64,000 bases of DNA from Alphaproteobacteria bacterium (lineage in GTDB: Bacteria > Pseudomonadota > Alphaproteobacteria > GCA-2731375): assembly GCA_965232515.1 (NCBI GenBank), contig CBDDPY010000002.1:1760001-1824000 (forward strand). The letters are read 5' to 3'. The first letter of the stretch is position 1; every line of letters starts with the position of its first letter. Below the pieces are notes generated by a model that saw only the letters and a program-made list of their open reading frames with translations, was not told the DNA's origin and searched no databases. Positions 23,265 to 34,186 of the stretch are shown piece by piece. Both the position numbers and the translations under genes were made by a program.

Positions 23265-24395
23265 ATGATGCGCGCCGTGCAGAGGCTCCATCGATATATC
23301 CTTGGGCAACTCGCCGGGCCCTTCGTGTTTTTCTTCCTGTCGCTCACCGGCGTGATCTGGCTGACGCAATCCCTGCGCTCGGTCGATCTGATTATCAACA
23401 AAGGCCTGTCGGCCGGTTTCTTCCTCTATCTGACGCTGCTGCTGCTGCCGACGGTACTGACGGCGATTCTGCCGATCGCACTGTTCGCCGCCGTGCTCTA
23501 CGCCTTCTACCGGCTCAGCGCCGACAGCGAGCTGGCGGTGATGTTCTCGGCCGGCCTCAGTCCGCGCGCCGTGGCGCGGCCGGTCCTGATCGTCGCCGGC
23601 CTGACGACCGTCGCCTGCTATGTCCTGACGCTCTATTTCATGCCCGCCGGCTATCGGGCTTTCAAAGACCTGCGCACCTCGCTGCGCCACAGTCCGGCGC
23701 ATGTGCTGCTGCAGGAAGGCGCGTTCAACACCATCGGCCAGCGCCTCACCGTCTATATCCGGGCTCGGGAACCGGGCGGCGAGATGCAGGGCATCCTGGT
23801 GCACGACAACCGCGACCGCGCCCGGCCGGTAACGATGATGGCGGAACGCGGCGCGCTGGTGAACACGGCCGAGGGACCGCGCTTCATCATGGTCAACGGC
23901 AATCGACAGCAGATCGATCAGGCCACCAACCAGCTGTCGATGCTGAATTTCGACCGGTACACCCTCGACCTCTCGCAGTTCCTGGATCTGCCGGGCAAAC
24001 GCTGGCGCGAGCCGAGCGAGCGCTATCTGCATGAATTGCTGTTCCCGGCGCTCGACAACCAGGACGATATCGACAATGTCGACCGCATGCTGGCCGAAGC
24101 GCACGAACGGCTGGCCGATCCGCTCTTCGCCATCGCCTTCACGCTCATCGCGCTCAGCGCCATCATGGCCGGCCAATTCAGCCGCCGCGGCTACGGCGCC
24201 CGCATCGCCATGGCCGTCGGCGCGACGCTGCTGTTCCGCCTGATCGGTCTGGGCCTGGTCAACGCCACCGCGAAGGTGCCGGCATTGGCGCCGCTGATCT
24301 ACGTGAATCTCGCGCTGGCGATCGGCGGCAGCATCTATCTGATCCTGCGTCGGCATAAGCCGGCCGCGCTGGACGCCATGGCGGAGCCGGCGTAA
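23265..24395 (+). CDS. lptF: LPS export permease LptF
   Basis: RYIL, WLTQSLR, DSELAVMFSAGLS, EGAFN; divergent from pepA. Confidence 0.88.
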   Translation: MMRAVQRLHRYILGQLAGPFVFFFLSLTGVIWLTQSLRSVDLIINKGLSAGFFLYLTLLLLPTVLTAILPIALFAAVLYAFYRLSADSELAVMFSAGLSPRAVARPVLIVAGLTTVACYVLTLYFMPAGYRAFKDLRTSLRHSPAHVLLQEGAFNTIGQRLTVYIRAREPGGEMQGILVHDNRDRARPVTMMAERGALVNTAEGPRFIMVNGNRQQIDQATNQLSMLNFDRYTLDLSQFLDLPGKRWREPSERYLHELLFPALDNQDDIDNVDRMLAEAHERLADPLFAIAFTLIALSAIMAGQFSRRGYGARIAMAVGATLLFRLIGLGLVNATAKVPALAPLIYVNLALAIGGSIYLILRRHKPAALDAMAEPA

Positions 24396-25489
24396 TGCAT
24401 CTGTCTCTGTCCCTCTCAGCCTATCTCGGCCGCAATTTCCTGGCCGGCATCGGCTTCGTCTTCGGCGTCTTCGTCTCGCTGGTGTTTTTGATCGACATGA
24501 TCGAGCTGCTGCGCCGGGCCAGCGGCGAGGACGATGCCTCGTTTCCGGTCGTGGTGCAGATGGCCTTCCTGAAGCTGCCGGGCCTGGCGCAGAAGCTGCT
24601 GCCGTTCGCGGCCCTGTTCGGCGGCATCTGGACCTTCTCGCGCCTGACCAGGACCAACGAGCTGATCGTGACGCGGGCGGCAGGCGTTTCCGTCTGGCAA
24701 TTCCTGACCCCGGCGCTGATCATCGCCGGCCTGATCGGCGTGTTCGTGGTCACCGTGTTCAATCCGCTGGCGTCCGCCATGGTGTCGCGCTACGAGCATC
24801 TGGAGTCGCGCTACCTCGAAGACCGGCCCAGCATGCTGGCCTTCTCCTCCTCCGGGCTGTGGCTGCGGCAGGCGGACGAGCAGGGCCAGTCCGTCGTGCA
24901 CGCGCTCAGCATCTCCGCCGAAGGTATGGAATTGCGCGACGTCATCGTCTTCCTCTATCGCGGCTCGGACGAGTTCGCCGGCCGGATCGACGCCGCCACT
25001 GCCCGCCTCGAGAAGGGCCATTGGCAGATGACCGACGCGCTGCTGACCCGTCCCGATCAACTGGCCGAACATCATGATGAATACCGGCTGCCGACATCGC
25101 TGACCCTTGGCCAGATACAGGACAGCTTCGCCTCGCCGGAAACGCTGTCGTTCTGGTCCCTGCCGGGTTTCATCGAGATGCTGGAGGCCGCCGGCTTCTC
25201 CGGCCTGCGCCACAAGCTGCACTGGCACGCCGTTCTGTCGACGCCATTGCTGCTCTGCGCCATGGTCCTGCTGGCGGCGACGTTCTCGCTCAGAATGACG
25301 CGGCGCGGCGGCACCGGCATGCTGATCGCGCTCGGCGTGCTGACCGGGTTCCTGCTCTACTTCGTCTCCGATGTCGTGTTCGCGCTCGGCATGGCCGGCA
25401 GCATTCCGGTCGTGCTGGCGGCCTGGACGCCGACCGGGGTCTGCGCGCTGTTGGGGTTGGCGATGCTCTTCCATCTCGAAGACGGCTGA
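24395..25489 (+). CDS. lptG: LPS export permease LptG
   Basis: ELLRR, NELIVTRAAGVSVWQF, GLWLRQ, LSFWSLP, ends HLEDG. Confidence 0.9.
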   Translation: MHLSLSLSAYLGRNFLAGIGFVFGVFVSLVFLIDMIELLRRASGEDDASFPVVVQMAFLKLPGLAQKLLPFAALFGGIWTFSRLTRTNELIVTRAAGVSVWQFLTPALIIAGLIGVFVVTVFNPLASAMVSRYEHLESRYLEDRPSMLAFSSSGLWLRQADEQGQSVVHALSISAEGMELRDVIVFLYRGSDEFAGRIDAATARLEKGHWQMTDALLTRPDQLAEHHDEYRLPTSLTLGQIQDSFASPETLSFWSLPGFIEMLEAAGFSGLRHKLHWHAVLSTPLLLCAMVLLAATFSLRMTRRGGTGMLIALGVLTGFLLYFVSDVVFALGMAGSIPVVLAAWTPTGVCALLGLAMLFHLEDG

Positions 25490-25493
25490 GCCC

Positions 25494-27656
25494 GTGCGCG
25501 TAAGCATCGTTGCGCTGGCCGTCGTTTTCATGCTGGCCGTCGGGGGCCCCAACGCGCTGGGCCAGGATCTGGACGACCGCCTGGGCTCCGACGACGTGCC
25601 GTTCCTGCTCAGCGCCGACGAGGTGATGTACGACAACGAGCTGGAGATCGTCACCGCGACCGGCAACGTCGAGATCAGCCAGAACGACCGCGTGCTGCTG
25701 GCCGACAGCATCAACTACAACCTGCGCGACGGAATCGTCACGGCCTCGGGCAACATCAGCCTGATGGAGCCAAGCGGCGACGTGCTGTTCGCCGAGTATC
25801 TGGAACTGGACGAGGAACTGACCAGCGGCTTCGTGCGCAGCATTCGGGTGCTGATGGCCGATCAGTCGCGTTTCGCCGCGAACGGCGCCCGCCGGTTTCC
25901 GGACGAGCGCACGGAGATGACGAAGGCGGTTTACAGCCCGTGTAACCTCTGCCCCGATAATCCGGACCGGGCGCCGCTCTGGCAGCTGAAGGCGGTCAAG
26001 ATCATCCATAATCGCAAGGAGCAGACGGTCCGCTATCAGGATGCCTTCCTCGAGCTTTACGGCATCCCCGTCGCCTATACGCCATTCTTTCAGCACACCG
26101 ACCCCACGGCGAAGCGCAAGAGCGGTTTTCTGGCGCCGACCCCCGGCAGCGACAGCGATCTCGGCTTTACCCTGCGCGTGCCCTACTACTTCAATCTCGC
26201 GCCCAACCGGGACGCCACGTTCTCGCCGCTGTTCACCAGCAAGGAAGGCGTCGTGCTGGCCGGCGAATACCGCGCCCGCACGGACAAAGGCCAGTATCAG
26301 GTCTCGGGCAGCGCCACCTATGTGAAGAAGCGCGACGACGACAACAACGAACTCGACGATCGCGAGATCCGCGGCCACATCTTCGGTGACGGCCGTTTCG
26401 ACATCGACAATACCTGGCGCTGGGGCTTCGATCTCGCGCGCTCGACCGACGACACCTATCTCAGCCGCTACAATATCAGCAACGACGACACCCTGACGTC
26501 GGATCTGTTCATCGAGGGCTTCCGCGGCCGGAACTTCGCCTCGGCCAGCGGCTTCGCCTTTCAGGGCCTCGAAGTCGACGACGATCCCGACGACACGCCG
26601 CTGGTGCTGCCGCTATTGGAATACAGCTATGTCGGCCAGCCGTCCTCGCGCGGCGACCGCTTCGGTCTCGACCTCAATCTGGTCTCGCTCTACCGAACCG
26701 GCGGCACCGACACCCGGCGCGCCTCGGCCCGCGGCCACTGGGAACTGCCTTACATCGGTCCGGCCGGTGACGTCTACCGCCTGACCGCGGCGCTCTGGGG
26801 CGATGCCTATTGGGTCAACGATGTCGACAACACCAACGTCGAGGACGACCCGACCGATTCCGGTTTCGAAGGCCGGTTTCTGCCGCAACTGGCCCTGGAA
26901 TGGCGGTACCCGTTCGTCCGCACGCAGGGCAGCGTGCGACAGTATGTCGAGCCGATCGTGCAGGCGATCGCGGCGCCCTATGGCAGCAACCCCTCGGGCA
27001 TCCGCAACGAAGACAGCCTGAGCCTTGAGTTCGACGACACCAACCTGTTCAGCCTGAACCGGTTTCCGGGCTACGACCGGGTCGAAACCGGTCCGCGCAT
27101 CAATTACGGGGTGAAGGCGTCCGCCTACGGCGAGAGCGGCGGCTATGCCACCGCGCTGCTGGGCCAGGTGCTGCGCTTCAAGGACGACGATACCTTCGCG
27201 GAGGAAACCGGTCTCGACGACCGCCGCTCCGACTATGTCGCCTCGATCTCGATCGTGCCGTCCGAATACCTCGACTTCACCAACCGGGTGCGGCTCGACC
27301 GCGACGACCTGACGCTGCGCCGAAACGAGATCTATGCGTCGGCCGGCCCGAAGTGGCTGCGCCTGACGACCTCCTACGTTCAGCTCGACCGCGAGCTGAC
27401 GGCGGACGAATTGGGCGCTCGCGAGGAGATTTTCGTCTCCGGGCGGGCGCAGCTGAACGAATACTGGTCGGCCACCGCGCAGACCCGGCGGGATCTGACC
27501 GACGACGGCGGCACGATCCGGACCACGTTCGGCCTGGAATATCTCGATGAATGCATCGGCTTCGACCTGATCTTCGACCGCAATTTCACCCGCGACCGCG
27601 ATGTCGAGCCGTCGACCTCGGTCAAGTTCCGGGTGCGGCTGCGGCATCTCGGCTGA
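25494..27656 (+). CDS. lptD: LPS assembly protein LptD
   Basis: ADEVMYD..ATGNVEI, YSPCNLC..PLWQLKA, KRKSGFL.P, NLFSLNRFPGYDRVE, DEC; beta-barrel pattern. Confidence 0.92.
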   Translation: MRVSIVALAVVFMLAVGGPNALGQDLDDRLGSDDVPFLLSADEVMYDNELEIVTATGNVEISQNDRVLLADSINYNLRDGIVTASGNISLMEPSGDVLFAEYLELDEELTSGFVRSIRVLMADQSRFAANGARRFPDERTEMTKAVYSPCNLCPDNPDRAPLWQLKAVKIIHNRKEQTVRYQDAFLELYGIPVAYTPFFQHTDPTAKRKSGFLAPTPGSDSDLGFTLRVPYYFNLAPNRDATFSPLFTSKEGVVLAGEYRARTDKGQYQVSGSATYVKKRDDDNNELDDREIRGHIFGDGRFDIDNTWRWGFDLARSTDDTYLSRYNISNDDTLTSDLFIEGFRGRNFASASGFAFQGLEVDDDPDDTPLVLPLLEYSYVGQPSSRGDRFGLDLNLVSLYRTGGTDTRRASARGHWELPYIGPAGDVYRLTAALWGDAYWVNDVDNTNVEDDPTDSGFEGRFLPQLALEWRYPFVRTQGSVRQYVEPIVQAIAAPYGSNPSGIRNEDSLSLEFDDTNLFSLNRFPGYDRVETGPRINYGVKASAYGESGGYATALLGQVLRFKDDDTFAEETGLDDRRSDYVASISIVPSEYLDFTNRVRLDRDDLTLRRNEIYASAGPKWLRLTTSYVQLDRELTADELGAREEIFVSGRAQLNEYWSATAQTRRDLTDDGGTIRTTFGLEYLDECIGFDLIFDRNFTRDRDVEPSTSVKFRVRLRHLG

Positions 27657-27757
27657 CCGACCTGCCCGGGACTTCAATGCGGCCCATGGAATCGCTATGT
27701 TCAGGACAGCCCAGAATGGCGGCAGCGGCGCTTTGCCGTACGGGAATTGCGGTCACG

Positions 27758-29023
27758 ATGAAGAAAACGTTTGTAATCGGGTTCGCCCTGACAGTGTCGG
27801 CGCTGGTCGGCGCAACCGTGCCGGCGGGCGCGCAGCAGGTTCAGCGCATTGCAGCCATCGTCAACGACGAGGTGGTGTCGGGCTTCGACGTCGAGCAGCG
27901 CATCGACATGGTGATCAAGTCGACCCGGCTGCGCGATACGCCGGAGACCCGGCGGCGCCTGCGGCAGCAGGTGCTGCGGGGCCTGATCGACGAAACGCTG
28001 CAATTGCAGGCGGCGCAACGCAACAACATCTCGGTCAGCGAACAAGACCTGCAGCGCGCCTATAGCGTGCTTGAACGGCAGAACAAGCTGCAGGCCGGCC
28101 GCCTGATCGATTTCCTTCGGGCAAACGGCCTCAGCCAGGACGCCCTGGCGCGGCAGCTTCGCGCCGAAATCGCCTGGAGCAAGCTGGTGCGACGGCGCCT
28201 GCAACCATCGGTCTCGATCGGCGAGGACGAGGTCAACGAGGTTTTGAGCCGCCTGCAAGCGAATGCCGATCTGCCGGAAACCCGGCTGTCCGAGATCCTG
28301 CTGCCGGTCGATTCGCCGGAGAAGGAGGAGGAGACCCTGCGCAACGCGTTGCGCCTGGTTCAGCAGCTCCGCGAGGGCGCCCCGTTCGACGCCGTCGCGC
28401 GCCAGTTCAGCCGCGGCGCCACCGCCAACAACGGCGGCGAGATCGGTTGGGTTCAGCCTGGTCAGCTGGCCGAGGAGCTGGACCGGACGGTCGCCGGGCT
28501 GTCGGTCGGCGGCGTTTCCGAGCCCATCCGCGCCGCCGGCGGCTACTACATCGTCAAGCTGCACGAACGCCGCAGCATCGCCGGAGACGACCCGCTGGAA
28601 ACCAAGCTGTCGTTGAAGCAGATCCGCGTTCCGTTGCCTGGCGGGCGAACCGGGCCGAACGCCGGCGCCGCGCGCGACCTTACGGAGCAGGTGATGGCCC
28701 GCGCGCCGGGTTGCGATGGCCTGACGAACGTGGCGACGGAGTTCCAGATCCAACAGGCCGGCGATCTCGGCACCGTCAAGTTGCGCGAGCTGCCGGAGGA
28801 GATCCGCGGCGCCGTCGCCGAGCTGCCGATCGGCGATTTCAGCAAGCCGATCATTACCAACGACGCGATCATGCTGTTGATGGTCTGCAAGCGGGATGTG
28901 CCGGTGGTCGAGCCGCCGGACCGGCAAAAGATCGAACAGGAACTCATGCGGCGGCGGCTCGCGATGCTGGCCCAGCGCTATCTGCGCGACCTGCGACGCG
29001 ACGCGGTGGTGGAACTGCGTTGA
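27758..29023 (+). CDS. surA: Chaperone SurA / peptidyl-prolyl isomerase
   Basis: IAAIVNDEVVS, LIDE.LQ, F..VARQFS....NGGEIGWV, YLRDLRR.AVVELR. Confidence 0.88.
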   Translation: MKKTFVIGFALTVSALVGATVPAGAQQVQRIAAIVNDEVVSGFDVEQRIDMVIKSTRLRDTPETRRRLRQQVLRGLIDETLQLQAAQRNNISVSEQDLQRAYSVLERQNKLQAGRLIDFLRANGLSQDALARQLRAEIAWSKLVRRRLQPSVSIGEDEVNEVLSRLQANADLPETRLSEILLPVDSPEKEEETLRNALRLVQQLREGAPFDAVARQFSRGATANNGGEIGWVQPGQLAEELDRTVAGLSVGGVSEPIRAAGGYYIVKLHERRSIAGDDPLETKLSLKQIRVPLPGGRTGPNAGAARDLTEQVMARAPGCDGLTNVATEFQIQQAGDLGTVKLRELPEEIRGAVAELPIGDFSKPIITNDAIMLLMVCKRDVPVVEPPDRQKIEQELMRRRLAMLAQRYLRDLRRDAVVELR

Positions 29024-30036
29024 TGACCCATGCGCCGGCGCCGCTGGCCGTCACCATGGGCGAGCCGGCCGGCATCGGCGGTGAAATTGCGGTAAAGGCC
29101 TGGCGCCGCCGACAGGCGCTCTCGCTGCCGGCGTTCTTCCTGATCGCCGACGCCGATCATATATCGCGCGCGGCCGACGCGGCCGGCGGGGCGTCCGTTG
29201 TGCGTATCGACAAACCCGCGGCGGCAACGGCGGCGTTTGCGGCGGGTTTGCCGGTGCTGCCGATCGATCTGGCGGTCGAACCGCGCTTCGGACAGCCGGA
29301 TCCGGCGAATGCCAGCGCGGTGTTGCGGGCGATTGAGCTCGGCGTCCAACTCGTCCGGAACGGCAGCGCGGCGGGTCTGGTGACGAATCCGATTCAGAAA
29401 TCTGTTCTGGACACGGCCGGCTTTCGCCACCCGGGTCATACGGAATACCTCGCCGAACTCTGCGGCGGCAATCTCACGCCCGTCATGATGCTGGCCTGTC
29501 CCGGCTTGCGGACCGTGCCGGTCACCGTGCATCGGCCGCTGGCCGCGGCCATCACCGAACTGACCGCCGCCGGCATCGTCGAGCGCGCGGCCATTGCCGA
29601 GGCAGCCCTGACAAACGATTTCGGCATTGCCGCGCCACGGCTGGCCGTCGCCGGCCTGAACCCACATGCCGGCGAGGCCGGCGTGCTCGGCCGCGAGGAA
29701 ATCGACATCATCGAACCGGCGATCGCCGCCCTTCGGAACAAGGGCATCGACGTCATCGGGCCGATGTCGGCCGATACCATGTTCCATGCCAAGGCGCGCG
29801 AAAGCTACGATGCCGCCATCTGCATGTACCACGACCAGGCGCTGATTCCGTTGAAAACGCTGGACTTCGAACGCGGGGTCAACATTACGCTCGGCCTGCC
29901 GATCGTGCGCACGTCGCCCGATCACGGAACGGCATTGACGCTTGCCGGCAGCGGCCAGGCCAGCGAAGCAAGTCTCGTGGCCGCCTTGCAGACGGCCGCC
30001 GAGATGGCGGGCCGGCGGTCGGGAGTTCATGTCTGA
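29023..30036 (+). CDS. pdxA: 4-hydroxythreonine-4-phosphate dehydrogenase
   Basis: [44 protein letters not shown]. Confidence 0.95.
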   Translation: MTHAPAPLAVTMGEPAGIGGEIAVKAWRRRQALSLPAFFLIADADHISRAADAAGGASVVRIDKPAAATAAFAAGLPVLPIDLAVEPRFGQPDPANASAVLRAIELGVQLVRNGSAAGLVTNPIQKSVLDTAGFRHPGHTEYLAELCGGNLTPVMMLACPGLRTVPVTVHRPLAAAITELTAAGIVERAAIAEAALTNDFGIAAPRLAVAGLNPHAGEAGVLGREEIDIIEPAIAALRNKGIDVIGPMSADTMFHAKARESYDAAICMYHDQALIPLKTLDFERGVNITLGLPIVRTSPDHGTALTLAGSGQASEASLVAALQTAAEMAGRRSGVHV

Positions 30037-30868
30037 GCCGTCGCCTGGGTCGACGCTGCCGCCGCTGCGCGACGTCATCGCCCGCCACGGCCTGGCGGCC
30101 CGAAAGTCGCTGGGCCAGCACTTCCTGCTGGACCTGAACCTGACCGCCAAGATCGCGCGCGCGGCCGGCGACCTGACCGGTCGCACGGTGCTCGAGGTCG
30201 GCCCCGGCCCCGGCGGTCTGACGCGCGCGTTGCTCGAGGCCGGCGCCGACCGCGTCGTCGCGGTGGAGCGCGACGACCGCTGTCTGGCGGCGCTGGAAGA
30301 GCTGGCGGCCGCTTTTCCCGGCCGGCTCGAGATCGTGGCCGAGGATGCCATGACGCTCGATGAGGCGACCGTGCTGGACCGGCCCGCCGCCGTGGTCGCC
30401 AACCTGCCGTACAACATCTCGACCGCGCTGCTGATGAAGTGGCTCGACCGGCTGGAGCTGTTCACCGGCTTTACGCTGATGTTTCAGAGGGAAGTCGCGG
30501 AACGGCTCTGCGCCGGTCCGCGCAGCAAGGCCTATGGCCGGCTCTCGGTGATGGTGCAGTGGCGGCTGGCGCCGGCGCTGCTGTTCAACCTGCCCGCCAG
30601 GGCCTTCACGCCGCCGCCGAATGTCGCCTCCAGCGTGGTCGGATTGATCCCGAGGCCGACACCGCTGGCGCCGGCCGATCCGGATCGCCTGTCGAAACTG
30701 GTCGCGGCCGCCTTCGGCCAACGGCGCAAGATGCTGCGCGCCAGCCTGAAGGGCCTGACGCCGGACGCCGAGGCTCTGTTGACCGAAGCCGGCATCCCGC
30801 CGACCGCCAGGGCCGAGGAGCTGTCGGTCGAGGAATTCTGCTGTCTCGCCCGGCTATGGGCAGGTTGA
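30029..30868 (+). CDS. rsmA: 16S rRNA dimethyladenosine transferase KsgA
   Basis: [42 protein letters not shown]. Confidence 0.96.
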   Translation: MSEPSPGSTLPPLRDVIARHGLAARKSLGQHFLLDLNLTAKIARAAGDLTGRTVLEVGPGPGGLTRALLEAGADRVVAVERDDRCLAALEELAAAFPGRLEIVAEDAMTLDEATVLDRPAAVVANLPYNISTALLMKWLDRLELFTGFTLMFQREVAERLCAGPRSKAYGRLSVMVQWRLAPALLFNLPARAFTPPPNVASSVVGLIPRPTPLAPADPDRLSKLVAAAFGQRRKMLRASLKGLTPDAEALLTEAGIPPTARAEELSVEEFCCLARLWAG

Positions 30869-30871
30869 ACG

Positions 30872-31759
30872 CTAGGTCGGGATCGTCGACAGAAGCCAGT
30901 CCCGAAAGGCCTTGATCTTCGGCCGGTCCGCGGTCTCCTCGGGCGAAACCACGTAGTAGGCCGCTTGCAGCGGCAGCGCCACGTCGAACGGCACCACCAG
31001 GCGCCCCTCGGCGATGTCGGCCTCGACCATGGTGCTACGGCCGAGCGCGACGCCGACGCCGTCGATCGCGGCCTGCAGCGCCGGGAAGGCCAGATCGAAG
31101 CTGACGCCGCGACGGTAGTCGACGCCATCGACGCCCGCGGCGGTCAGCCAGACCTGCCAGTCCTCCTGAAAGCTGGTCACGTGCAACAGGGTGTGATGGA
31201 CCAGATCCTCGGGCCGTTGCAACGGTTGCGGTCCCTGCATCAGCGCCGGGCTGCAGACCGGAAACACGTCCTCCGAGATCAAGCGGTCGACCCGCAACCC
31301 CGGCCAGTCGCCGTGACCGTAGCGGATCGCCATGTCGACGTCGTCGCGGTTGAAGTCCACCAGATCCGCCGAGGCCGTGATCCGTACGTCGATTTCCGGA
31401 TAGGCCGCCTGAAAGCCGGCCAGCCGCGGCACCAGCCACTTCGTCGTGAACGAAATCACGGTACTGACGGTCAGGCTGCCGCTGCGGTCGCTGCGCGAGA
31501 GCTGCTCGACCGCAGCATTCAGGCCGTCGAACGCCGTCCGCACGGCAGGCAGCAGTTCCTGCGCCGCCTCGGTCAGCAGCAGCCGGCGATTGCGCCGGAT
31601 GAACAAGCGCTGGCCGAGCTGTTCCTCAAGACGCTTGATCTGATGGCTGATGGCGGTCTGCGTGACCGACAGCTCATCGGCGGCGCGGGTGAAGCTCTGG
31701 TGCCGCGCCGCGGCTTCGAACGCGCGCAGACCGTTCAAGGATGGCAAACGGCGCTTCAT
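30872..31759 (-). CDS. LysR-type regulator, GcvA-like
   Basis: RLPSLNGLRAFEAAARHQSFTRAADELSVTQTAISHQIK; WLVPRL; AIRYG.G.WPG. Confidence 0.88.
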   Translation of the reverse strand: MKRRLPSLNGLRAFEAAARHQSFTRAADELSVTQTAISHQIKRLEEQLGQRLFIRRNRRLLLTEAAQELLPAVRTAFDGLNAAVEQLSRSDRSGSLTVSTVISFTTKWLVPRLAGFQAAYPEIDVRITASADLVDFNRDDVDMAIRYGHGDWPGLRVDRLISEDVFPVCSPALMQGPQPLQRPEDLVHHTLLHVTSFQEDWQVWLTAAGVDGVDYRRGVSFDLAFPALQAAIDGVGVALGRSTMVEADIAEGRLVVPFDVALPLQAAYYVVSPEETADRPKIKAFRDWLLSTIPT

Positions 31760-31792
31760 ACATCCGCTCGATCAAAGCCTGGCAACGTTGGC

Positions 31793-32431
31793 CTACTGCC
31801 CATCGCGCAGCAGCTTGACGAAATTCAGCAGTCCGATCTGACGCTCGCGCCGCGCCCGTTCCGCCACCAGGATCGCCTGCACCTTGGCGAGGCAGGCGTC
31901 GACGTCGTCGTTGACGACGATGTAGTCGTACTCCGCCCAGTGGCTGATCTCGTCGGCCGCCTTGGCCATGCGCTTGGCGACGACATCGTCGCTGTCCTGG
32001 GCCCGGGATTTCAGGCGTTGTTCCAGATCGGCCGTCGACGGCGGCAGGATGAACACCGACACCAGGTCGTCGCGGGCGCGCTGCGCCAGTTGCTGCGTTC
32101 CTTGCCAATCGATATCGAACAGCACGTCGCGCCCGGTCGACAGCGCGCTCTCGACCGGCTCGACCGGCGTGCCGTAGTAATGATCGAAGACCTTCGCGTG
32201 CTCCAGCAGCTCGTCGCGATTGACCATCAGGTTGAACTCGAGCGGATCGATGAAGAAGTAATCGACGCCATCCCGCTCGCCGGGCCGCGGCGGCCGCGTG
32301 GTCGCCGACACCGACATGACGATGCCGTCGTCCTGATCCAGCAGCCGGCGCGAGATCGTGGTCTTGCCGGCGCCCGACGGCGACGACAGCACCAGCATCA
32401 GGCCCCGCCGCTCGATATGCACCGTGGTCAC
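31793..32431 (-). CDS. gmk: Guanylate kinase
   Basis: SSPSGAGKTT, SATTRPPRPGE.DGVDY, DIDWQG, FILPPS. Confidence 0.96.
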   Translation of the reverse strand: MTTVHIERRGLMLVLSSPSGAGKTTISRRLLDQDDGIVMSVSATTRPPRPGERDGVDYFFIDPLEFNLMVNRDELLEHAKVFDHYYGTPVEPVESALSTGRDVLFDIDWQGTQQLAQRARDDLVSVFILPPSTADLEQRLKSRAQDSDDVVAKRMAKAADEISHWAEYDYIVVNDDVDACLAKVQAILVAERARRERQIGLLNFVKLLRDGQ

Positions 32432-32444
32432 GCCCGGATCCGTC

Positions 32445-33332
32445 CTATTCGATGTTCTGGGTCTGCTCGCGAAGGCGGTCGATCACCGCCTTCAGATCGA
32501 GACCGATGGCGGTCAGCTCGGCGCCGGCCGACTTGGCGCACAAGGTGTTGGCCTCTCGGTTGAACTCCTGCGCCAGGAAATCCAGCCGCCGCCCGACTTC
32601 GTTGCCGGCCGCCAGCAACTCGCGCGCCGCGGCCAGGTGCGAACCAAGGCGATCGAGTTCCTCGCGCACGTCGGCCTTCACCGTCAGTAGCGCCACCTCC
32701 TGGGTCAGGCGTTCTTCCGGCAACGCCGGCGCTTCGTCCAGCAGCGCCTTGACCTGTTCGTGCAGACGGGCCTTGAGCGCGGCCGGCTGGGCCTCGGCGG
32801 CGCCGGCCGCCGCGCCGACCAGTGTCTCGATCTCGGCGAGCTGCGCGGTCAGGATTGCCGCCAAGCGTTCGCCCTCGGCCCGCCGCGCGGCGGCGAGGGC
32901 ATCCAGCGCCTCGTTCAGGCTCGCCAGCATGTCGTGTTCGCGCGCCTCGCGTTCCGATTCGGATTCCTCCGGCTCCGCAATTTCCATGACCCCGCGCAGC
33001 GCCAGCAAGCCATCGAGGCGTGGCGGCGAGGCCACAATACGCGTTTCCAGTTCCTGCATCACCTCCACGAGCTGCGTCAGCACGGCTTCGTTGATCCGGA
33101 CCGTGCCCTCGCCGGCGGTCTGCTGCAGTTGCAGATTGATGGTGACGTTGCCGCGCTGAAAGCGTTTACCGGCTTCGCGCCGAACCTGTGGCTCCAGCGC
33201 GTCATGGCCGGATGGCATTCTGCAACGCAAGTCGAGACCGCGACCGTTGACGCTCTTCAACTCCCAGGTCCAGGCATACGCACCGCGCTCGCCGCCGCTC
33301 CGCGCGAACCCGGTCATGCTGGATATGCCCAC
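32445..33332 (-). CDS. yicC: YicC/YloC family endoribonuclease
   Basis: SMTGFA, KSVNGRGLD, DVREELDRL, GRRLDFLAQEFNREANT, REQ.QNIE. Confidence 0.93.
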   Translation of the reverse strand: MGISSMTGFARSGGERGAYAWTWELKSVNGRGLDLRCRMPSGHDALEPQVRREAGKRFQRGNVTINLQLQQTAGEGTVRINEAVLTQLVEVMQELETRIVASPPRLDGLLALRGVMEIAEPEESESEREAREHDMLASLNEALDALAAARRAEGERLAAILTAQLAEIETLVGAAAGAAEAQPAALKARLHEQVKALLDEAPALPEERLTQEVALLTVKADVREELDRLGSHLAAARELLAAGNEVGRRLDFLAQEFNREANTLCAKSAGAELTAIGLDLKAVIDRLREQTQNIE

Positions 33333-33414
33333 GATCTCTGCTCGCTTTTCGTTCGATGTCAGATTCGACGGCCCTCTTATATATTCCGGTCAGCGGGGCA
33401 ACAAGACGCCGAGA

Positions 33415-34182
33415 ATGGAACCGCCAGTTGTGAAGAATCCAACCTCGATCCTGATTACCGGCGCGAGCAGCGGCATCGGCGCGGCTCTGGCGCGGGCCTA
33501 TGGCGGTCCGGACGTGCATCTGTCGCTGTCCGGCCGAAACGCACAGCGCTTGAACGACGTGGCCGAGACCTGCCGGGCGGCCGGCGCCAAGGTCGTCGCG
33601 GGTACGGTCGACGTCGCCGATCGCGCCGCGATGGCGGCCTGGCTGGGCGAGCAGGATGACGCCCACCCCCTGGATCTCGTCATCGCGAACGCCGGAATCG
33701 ACGGCGCCGGAATCGACGAGGCCGAACGCCTCTACCGGATCTTCGAAGTCAATGTCGCCGGCGTCTTCCACACGGTCCAGCCGGCGCTTCAGCGCATGCG
33801 GGCGCGACGGCGCGGTCAGATCGCCATCGTCAGCTCGCTCGCGGGTTTTCGCGGCCTGCCCAGCGCCGTCGCCTACAGCGCCAGCAAGGCCGCCGTCCGC
33901 TCATATGGCGAAGGCCTGCGCGGCCGGCATGCCGAGGACGGCGTCGCCGTCTCGGTCATTTGCCCCGGCTTTGTCGAAAGCCGGATCACGGCGACCAATC
34001 GATTTCCCATGCCCATGCTGTGGCCGGCCGACAAGGCGGCGCGCCATATCAAGTCGCGGCTGGCGCGGAATCAGGGCCGAATCGCCTTTCCCTGGCCGAT
34101 GTATTTTCTGGTCTGGCTGATCAGCGCCGCGCCGTCGTCGCTGGTTGACCGGCTGCTGGCCCGCGCGCCGCGCAAAGCCTGA
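33415..34182 (+). CDS. Short-chain dehydrogenase/reductase
   Basis: ITGASSGIG, ANAG, YSASKAA, PGFVES, FPMP; start 33415 or GTG 33430. Confidence 0.88.
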   Translation: MEPPVVKNPTSILITGASSGIGAALARAYGGPDVHLSLSGRNAQRLNDVAETCRAAGAKVVAGTVDVADRAAMAAWLGEQDDAHPLDLVIANAGIDGAGIDEAERLYRIFEVNVAGVFHTVQPALQRMRARRRGQIAIVSSLAGFRGLPSAVAYSASKAAVRSYGEGLRGRHAEDGVAVSVICPGFVESRITATNRFPMPMLWPADKAARHIKSRLARNQGRIAFPWPMYFLVWLISAAPSSLVDRLLARAPRKA

Positions 34183-34186
34183 ACCG

